Source: the human T2T-CHM13v2.0 reference genome, Homo sapiens
Assembly (NCBI RefSeq): GCF_009914755.1
Contig: NC_060945.1
DNA: 64,000 bases
Reading direction: 5' to 3' (one strand)
Of the stretch, positions 55,950-64,000 are shown in pieces. Within the stretch, counting starts at the first letter, position 1; each line of letters begins with the position of its first letter. The notes beneath the pieces are model-generated. The model did no database searches and was not told the origin of the DNA. It saw only the letters and a list, made by a program, of their open reading frames with translations. Both the position numbers and the translations under genes were made by a program.

Positions 55950-57750
55950 GTAAAATAGAATCAAGACACTTTATCTTACAAAATACTAACATTGCAATGA
56001 TCATTGTTAATTTTAGGAAAGTGTGGTTACATTTTGACAATTATCCATGATATGTGTACATCTAGTTAGTACACAACTAGTACATGTGTTTTTAACAGTT
56101 GTTTTACATTATTTTATTGTGTAAGCACAACACAATTTATTTACTCACTTGCCAGTGAAATATTTTGGGCTTTCTTTTTTTGCCTGCTAAAAACAATAAT
56201 GCAATAAACAATCTTGTAATATGGTATGTGTGTTTCCTTATGCATAGGTGTCACAGTCCCTCAGGTAATATTGAAGTGGAATTGCTGGATAATAGGGCAG
56301 CCTATTTGCACATTCAATATTACAAGATATTGCCAAGTTATATTCCAAGTTGGTCGAGGCTATTTGCACTATCATCAACAGTGTACACGCATTCTAGTTT
56401 CTCTACAGTCTTGCCAACAACTCTGATGGTCAGATTATTTGTCTTTTAAATTTTGCTTATCTGAACAGGTTAAATATTATCTTCTTGTTCAAATATGAAT
56501 TTCTCAAGTTTGTGAGACTGAGTATATTTTTATATGCACGTTTTGTGATTACACAGTTTGAAATTGCTTTTTCACACGGGTCTATTTTTCTATTGGGTTG
56601 TTTGTACATTTCTTATCTACCTAATTTTTTGACATATTCTATATTCAAATGCCTTTATAAGTTATATGCCCTGCAAATATCATCTTCAGCCACTGGCTTG
56701 CAATTTGACTTTTTAAATGACATCTTTTCATATATCAAAGTTTTTAGCTTTGATGTAGTCTAATTCTCCCTGTCATGGTTCATAACTTATCATCTTTCAT
56801 AACAAAAATGCATCCAGACCTTGATTTCAAATATACATTTTTATATTTTCTTTTAACATTTTTTATGGCCTGCTTTTCCAGTTTACATCTTAACCCATCT
56901 GGAAGGGTGTGTTTGTATGTGTGTGTGCGTGTGCATGTGTACATATTTGCATGCACACATGTGTGAACACTCTCATTTCTGTAAAGTATTACGGAAATTT
57001 ATACCATTTGAATAATTTTTCCTGTACCATAGTCGAATGGTCCCATCATTTCTTTCTCATTTGTAATCTTGACACTGCCTCTGGTTTATATGAAGTTACA
57101 GTATTTATGTGATACTTTTTTTTTCCTGGAATCTCCGTTTTGTGCAGTTGATTTCTGTTTATTCCTGTGTCAACACTATGCTGCCTTTTTTTTGCCATAG
57201 TTTCATCATGACCCTTGGTAGGCAGTAGGAAAACACCTCCTGCACCAATCAAAATTAGTATTTCTTCCAAATAGTCTTGGATATATTTGATCCTTTGCTC
57301 TTAAATGTTTTTTAAAATCAGTTTGTTACCCTCATCTGAAATACTATTAGAAATTTTATTTTAATTCTATTCAATAAATTAACATTTTTATGATTTTCTA
57401 GTTTATCCAGGACTGCATTTTTACATTTAATTTATAATGTTTCAAAAATATTTCTAATAAAGTTTTACAGCATTTTCCATGCAGTTCTACTAGCTATTTG
57501 GGAATACTTATTCCTAGAAACCTTATACTATTTGCTGCAATTATTTAAAATTATCTTTTTAAAACAAAGTTTTCTATTGATTATTAGTTGAGAAATAAGT
57601 AATTTTGTTAGAATTGTATTTTTAGCAAACTAACTGATTCTTATTACTTCTAATACTATTCTATTTTTCTTCAATTTTCAATGTACCTAATCATGTCATT
57701 TGTGCAATTGATTTCTTCATGTCTAATATTTATTTCACCTTGTTTTAGTG
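55950..57750 (-). mobile_element. Old L1ME-like fragments
   Basis: Degenerate antisense L1 motifs; boundaries approximate. Confidence 0.55.
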
Positions 57751-57869
57751 CAGAAGCTGACAACGGTAAAATTATTATTTGTAAACAGTAAAATATTCTG
57801 TATTCAGTCAGATTTAGCAGGTTTTTTTTTAAGAAATATTGCAATTCATTTAAGTTTTCAAATGTATGG

Positions 57870-60800
57870 AATAGAGGATGTCAGCAGGATGGTGGGTTTT
57901 TCTAGACCAATTCCCTTTGAGAGAACTGGTTGACAAACTCATACACACCATGCAACTCAGAAAATATCCACACTGAAATGGGTAGGAAAGCTGAGATACA
58001 CCTATACTACAAACCTCACTCCAGGCACAGAACCTTACAATTGAAAGGAAACCCTCAATTCCACACTTCTCTCTGAGGAGTGAAGAGTTGAACCACCCAC
58101 ATAGCACCTCAACTTTTAAATCCCAACCAAAAGTCTGGCTACTAAATCCCCTACCCCTGTGAGCTGGCAGGGCATGGCATTTGTGAGTTTCCCAGGACCA
58201 CAAGAACAAATAAGTGGTTTTATTAGCAGGCTAAAACATTCAGCTCCCAGTTTCTCAATGGAAGGGGTTTGACTGATATGTAATATCTCAACTTTCCCAG
58301 TTACCACCCATGGGTCAGGCTTTTAACTAGCTTGCATCTAAGAGCTGACCAAGAAGGTAATCCCACTACCAGGGGATTTTCAGCAGAAACCTGTGATGTC
58401 AGAAGGGAAAGAGATGATATATTCAAGGTGCTGAAAGAGAAATGCTTGCCAACAAGAGTAGTATACCCAGCAAACCCGTCCTGCAAAAATGAAAGGGAGA
58501 TAAAGACATTCTCAGACAAACAAAAGCTGAAGAAATTTATCACCACTAGACCTGCTTTACCCCTTGGTGACCTCAAAGAAAATACCTATGGAAGTTACAC
58601 AAAAGAAAAATAGAAATAAAAAAAAACTATTGACACAAAAAAGAAATGCAAAAGAAGACAGCAAAGGGAAAAATGAAGGACAAAAGGACTAGAAGATAAA
58701 CAAAGACAATAGTTAATCCTTCCTTACTGATAACTACTTAAAATTGAAATAAACTAAACTCCTTAATAAAAAAATACTTAATATATCTGTATCTAACACT
58801 AGGGCACCCAAGTATATAAAATGAACCTGAAAGAAGAAATTTATAATAATACAATAATAGCAGGAGACTTCAATATCCCACTTTCAATAATAGACAGAAC
58901 TTCCAGACAAAGTTAATAAGAAAACAGTGGGCTTGAATAACACTACAGACCAAATGAACCAAACAGACATATATAAAACATTCTATCCAACAGCAGCAAA
59001 ATACATTTTGTTTTTTTTGACCACATACAGAGCACTCTCCACTATAGATCACATGTTAGGTCACAAAACAAATCTTAACCAACTTAAGAAGATCAAACTC
59101 ATACCAAGTATCTTTTCCAGTGGTCACAGGATGTTTGGGGTGTTGCTTTTCTAGCTGGAAGCCTCTGTGGCCAGTGGAGCATTTGCTTGAGTTTTGCTCA
59201 GGCCCACTGGGCTCATTCCCACTTGGCCTGGCAGGCTGTGCTAGGTTCATGTTACCAGCTCAGACCCCATGCCTGCCAAGGGTTAGCCAGGCGCAGAGTG
59301 GCGAGGGGTGCATGAGCAAGTGAGCACCAGGTCCAGCCACTGAGCACAGCCAGGCATGTCAGCTGCTGAGGGGTGGGCAGCTCCAGGTGCCGTCACAGAC
59401 ACTGGTTCCCTGTGAGGCTGTGGCTAGACCAGGCATACCACAAGCAGCTTCTACTGAAGACAACAGGAACATGGTAGCAGCTGGAAGCTTGCAGATACCA
59501 AGAACTGCAGAGCTCCAAAGAGGATGTCACTGCCCTTGCTCCAGGAGCTCCTAGGTCTGGGCTCCCCGAAGGGCTGCAGCTCTTCTCTCCTCTCTCTTCT
59601 TTTCTTCTCATCACCTGCAATGTGGTGAGTAGGAGGCACATTTCAGCCCTGGTTGTGTTATAGCTCTTTTACTCCCACCACTTGGTGGGTCTCAGTTCTT
59701 CTCCCATGTCCAGGAAGAATGAGGTATACGGACAACTGGAGGGTGAGCAAGGTGAAGAGTGCTTTATTGAGTGACAGTACAGCTCTAAGGAGACCTAGAG
59801 TGGGTAGCTCCTGTCCACAGGCAGGTAGTTCCAATGAGTGGGCAGCTCTTAGCAGAGAGTGGACCCAGAGTGGGTAGCTTCCATCCACAGGCAGGCTATC
59901 CCAACGTCTGTGCAGCCCTCAGTGGAGAGAAGACCTGGAATGGGCAGCTCCTATCCACAGGCAAGTTGTCCTGTCATTTGCTCGAGTCTGGCTGAGTGTG
60001 GGGTTTTAATGGTCCTCAGAGGGGATTAAGTGCATGCTGATTGGTCCATGGGCAGCCATGGGCGGGCAGAAAAAGCACCATAAATTCTCATTCCAGTCTG
60101 CAGAACTGACAGTCCGGCCCCCAGGATTCAGACCATCCCTGGCTTGAAGGTGGTGCTTCACTGGGGACCTGTCCCTTTCCACCCAGGAGCCTGTCTGCCT
60201 CCTGCCACCATCTATATGTCATTCATGGCACTTAGGCTATTTGTACCGAGGGGCACCTACCTGCAGGCCCATGCCAAGCTGCTCTTAGCTCTCCCTTGGC
60301 CTCCCTCCCATGCTCTTTGGCACCCAAAGTCTAGAGGGGGCTGAGGTGGCAGGGGGCTGGCGTGTCAGCATCACCCCAAGCGTGTGCACACCCAGCCAGG
60401 TCATGACAGCGCCTGTGCTCTGCCACAACTTTGCTCCAAAATCGGAGTGGCTGCCAGGGGCAGGGAGACGCCAGGCAGCAGGAGTAGGTGCTTCCAAGAC
60501 TGTGGGTGGAGGGGGCTTCCTGGGCCCGGAGAGCACAGGGACGCCCGGGTCCGCAGCCATGGCTGGGCAATTGCAGCTGCACCCGGGAGTGTGGGCCTCC
60601 CACCCCAGCAACTCAGAAGGGGACAAGACTCCTGCCTGTTCCTGTCTCCCACAATCTCCGAGGAGTGTGAAGCCCCAATCGCACCTCCCCTGCTGCGGCC
60701 AGCATCTTTGCAGTAGCCACTCCAGATGGGCCCCTGATGCCATCACAACCAATATGGAATAAAACTTAATAAATAACAATACGAAAATAAAAAAATTAGA

Positions 60801-60960
60801 AATATGTGGAAACTAACACACTCTTGAGCAATCACTGAGTCAAAGAAAAAATCAAAAGGGAATTTAAAGAATATCTCAACAAACAAATATAAAAACACAA
60901 CTTACCGAAACTTACAGGGTGCGTAAAGTTATAATAGTAGTAAGTGAGAAGTTTCTAGCA
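57870..60960 (+). mobile_element. L1M 5' region (5' UTR, ORF1 C-terminus, ORF2 endonuclease) with deletions, split by MER52
   Basis: ORF 58332-58613 is ORF1p-like (DIFKVLKEK...EIKTFSDKQKLKKFITTRPAL); 58927-59120 is ORF2 EN-like (DIYKTFYP, IDHMLGHK); L1 resumes at 60746. Confidence 0.85.
59121..60745 (-). mobile_element. MER52-family ERV1 solo LTR (~1.6 kb, GC-rich)
   Basis: Reverse strand begins TGATGGCA...CCCATCTGGAGTGGC; TG...CA termini; interrupts contiguous L1 ORF2. Confidence 0.82.
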
Positions 60961-61073
60961 ATAGGGAGATAGAAATTCTAGCAGAGTATAAACAAGCAGT
61001 CCAAGAGATTTATTGTGATCCATTCACATTAGCAAAACCATTCCAACTCATGATTTTAAAAATGGAAATGTAA

Positions 61074-61389
<316 letters not shown>

Positions 61390-63043
61390 ACGATTCTTTA
61401 CCTATTAGAGTGGAGAGATTAAAGTAATTTATATTACCTAGTGTTGTCACATGAGAGAGCAGGGAATAGACATAAATAGGGTCAGGCTTCTTGTAACACA
61501 ATTTGGCAATATTTTTCAAAATAAATATGACTATGATATTCGATTAAATTATTTCATGTTTATAAAATTACCCTATAGATTCTTTTGCAAATGTGCATCT
61601 AAGATATGGATACAAAGATAAGCATTATATAAAAGTGTAAAAAAAAAAGGAAACCAACTGTCCCTTAATAGGGACCAATTAAATACATTATGGTATAGCA
61701 TATTAATAGAATAAAGGCAATGATAATACAGAATGAGATAAATTACAAGTGACTTGGAAAAATAGTTCTGTCAAAAAATTAAACAGGAAAAAGTCAAGTC
61801 TCAAATTGTAAATCTACTTTTATCTCTCTTTACATATACAATATGCAAGTGTCTTTTCTTTGTGGTAGGAAGAATACACATTGGCATATGAACAGTAGTT
61901 ATTAGTTAAAAACGGGATGAGGGACTTGGGAAAACAGTAACTTTATCACACTTTTTAATGCAACTCTACAGTTTGATTTTCTATGGCTAGAGCAAATGCC
62001 TTCTAATGACAATTTTCAAAGTATAGACGTGTGGAGGATTTGGGGGAGACAAAGGAGATTGGGTAAGTCTGGGCTAGTCATGCATTAGTTTTAGAAGGCT
62101 AGGCTAGTTTGTTGAACACTAGGGGAGTGTCTAAAGGTTTTTGAGCAAGAAAAGAGTGTGCTCAGTTTTGTGGTGGTATTGTTTAGCAAGATTAATGCTG
62201 CAGTCCTGGGAGCATTAGATATAGGAGGTCTTTAGTATCATCCAGAGGAAATGAAAAGTGTACCTGAACTAGGTGAAAACGCTGGAAATAGACAGAAAAT
62301 GTATATTGGAAGGTGTTTGAAAGAATGATTACGAGAAATAACCATGGATTGAATGAAACTTATGCCATACACAGTCTCTCAAAGGAGGACTTCCCAGAGC
62401 TGAACGAAGGAAGGATAACTTTCATGGAATTTATTTTGCTGTCTACTTCTATTTTAAGAAGTTTTCATTTGCATATTTTTCCTTAAACATAATAACTCAG
62501 TAAGGATGACGTATATTTCTTCTTTTCATGAACCTTTTTTTTTTTTTTGACAACTACTTTCAGGAGATGTATATTCTACAGGGCTTGTTACCAGAGCAAT
62601 ATCGGGATAAGTACATTTAATATCATAAAATGTGAACAGGGGATAAGATTTTTTTCCATTTATCTTGAAGTTGAGAGGGTTGAAATGATTACTTTTCTTT
62701 GGTACAAAAAGCCGCCATATAAATGGGTTTCTTAGAACAAGTATAAGATAATAACAAGATAAAATGGTTCTTTTTCCATTTAAGTTTATTAAGCATTCAG
62801 TTCATAGAAAGTTACTGGACCAGTTAAATTAACAATTCTTATCTTGTGATTTTAGTCTAGCCCAAAGGAAGCAGCTTTATTTTGCATGGGTGCAGTCAAC
62901 AGAAAAGCTAGACTTTTGTGTTTGGTAATTTCCCTGCAGTGTGTTTTATCTGAGATTGAGGGATAAAAAGAGTTGCCTTTTGGAAAAACAAAGGGAAAAA
63001 AAAGTCTCCCATTATACAATAGATACTGAATCATCCCTTTCAT

Positions 63044-63045
<2 letters not shown>

Positions 63046-63081
<36 letters not shown>
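63046..63081. repeat. (CA)n microsatellite
   Basis: Read directly. Confidence 0.95.
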
Positions 63082-63085
<4 letters not shown>

Positions 63086-63279
63086 GCCCCCTCAGAATAA
63101 AATTAATAACGGAAGTAATCAATAAAATCATAAATATGGAAATTGAGTCATGTTTAACATAAGAACATAAGAAAATGCTTGCTACACATACTTATTTTAC
63201 ATATTAGAGGGATGCCATAGATTTGTAAAGCAAAGGGGGACATACAACTGAGAGCGTGCAGAATTTTTTTTTGCCATTT

Positions 63280-64000
63280 TTTTTTTGCCAGCTTTATTAA
63301 GGTATATTCACAAACATCATAATATATATATTTATGGTGTATACCATAATGTTGTAATACTTGTATACATTAAAAATTGATTAAGCTAGCTAACATAGGC
63401 ATCAACTCTCATAGTTATTATTATTGGTGCTGAGAACATTTAAGATCCACTCTTTTAGCAATATTCAAATATATATTATCAACTATAGTCACCATGCTAA
63501 TAGATCTCCAGAAATTACTCTTCCTATATACTTGAATTTTTGTACCCTTTAGTCAACATGTCCCCATCTCCTGCCCCTCCCCATAACCATCATTCTACTC
63601 TCTGCTTGCATGACTTCCACTTTATTTTTAGATTACACATATAAGTGAGATCATGAGTTATTTGTTTTTCTGTACTTGGCTTATTTCATTTGCATAATGG
63701 TTTCCAGTGTCATCAATGTTGTCACAAATGACAGTGTTACCTCTTTTTCTTAAGGTTAAATAGTATTGCATTATATATAGATATTGTATATAAAAATAAT
63801 TTATTATAATATATATGTATATATGCCATATTTTCTTTGTCCATTCATCCACGGATAAATGGATCATCATTACGTTCATTCTATATCTTGGCTATTGTCA
63901 ATAACGCTACAATGAACATGGGAGTTCAGCTGTATTTTTGTTATACGGTACTGATTTCCGTTCTTTTGGGTATATACATAAGAGGGATTGTTGGGTCACA
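63280..64000 (-). mobile_element. L1MA-type 3' end running off the window
   Basis: TAACCATCATTCTACTCTCTG...ATAAGTGAGATCATG antisense L1MA 3' UTR. Confidence 0.85.

Noticed and set aside
60285-60779. 150-164 aa ORFs on both strands
   Set aside because: They lie inside the GC-rich MER52 LTR; no domain similarity.

Overview
This is human (primate) genomic DNA. It holds the 5' end of the minus-strand gene CYYR1, recognised from its protein sequence and placed by my recollection at chr21q21.3. Coding exon 1 (7011-7083) lies in a CpG island, intron 1 is about 6.5 kb, and coding exon 2 is 413-515. The ~56 kb upstream of the promoter is non-coding and dominated by transposon relics: Alu, L1PA/PB/MA/M, L2, MIR, THE1/MST/MLT1 and MER52 LTRs, and hAT/Tigger DNA elements, several nested with clear target-site duplications (TSDs). 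Apart from the ORF covering CYYR1 exon 1, the six-frame ORFs are repeat-derived or chance. I found no convincing new multi-gene system. The best leads are: (i) a CYYR1 5' leader with a strong-context uORF, a start-stop element and an in-frame upstream ATG encoding a 108-aa extension; (ii) tandem splice donors in intron 1; (iii) an 85-bp dispersed duplicate with fold-back potential in a repeat-poor region; (iv) tiny TSD-flanked poly(A) insertions, one carrying an unidentified 21-mer. Repeat subfamily names and the boundaries of old elements are by-eye estimates.
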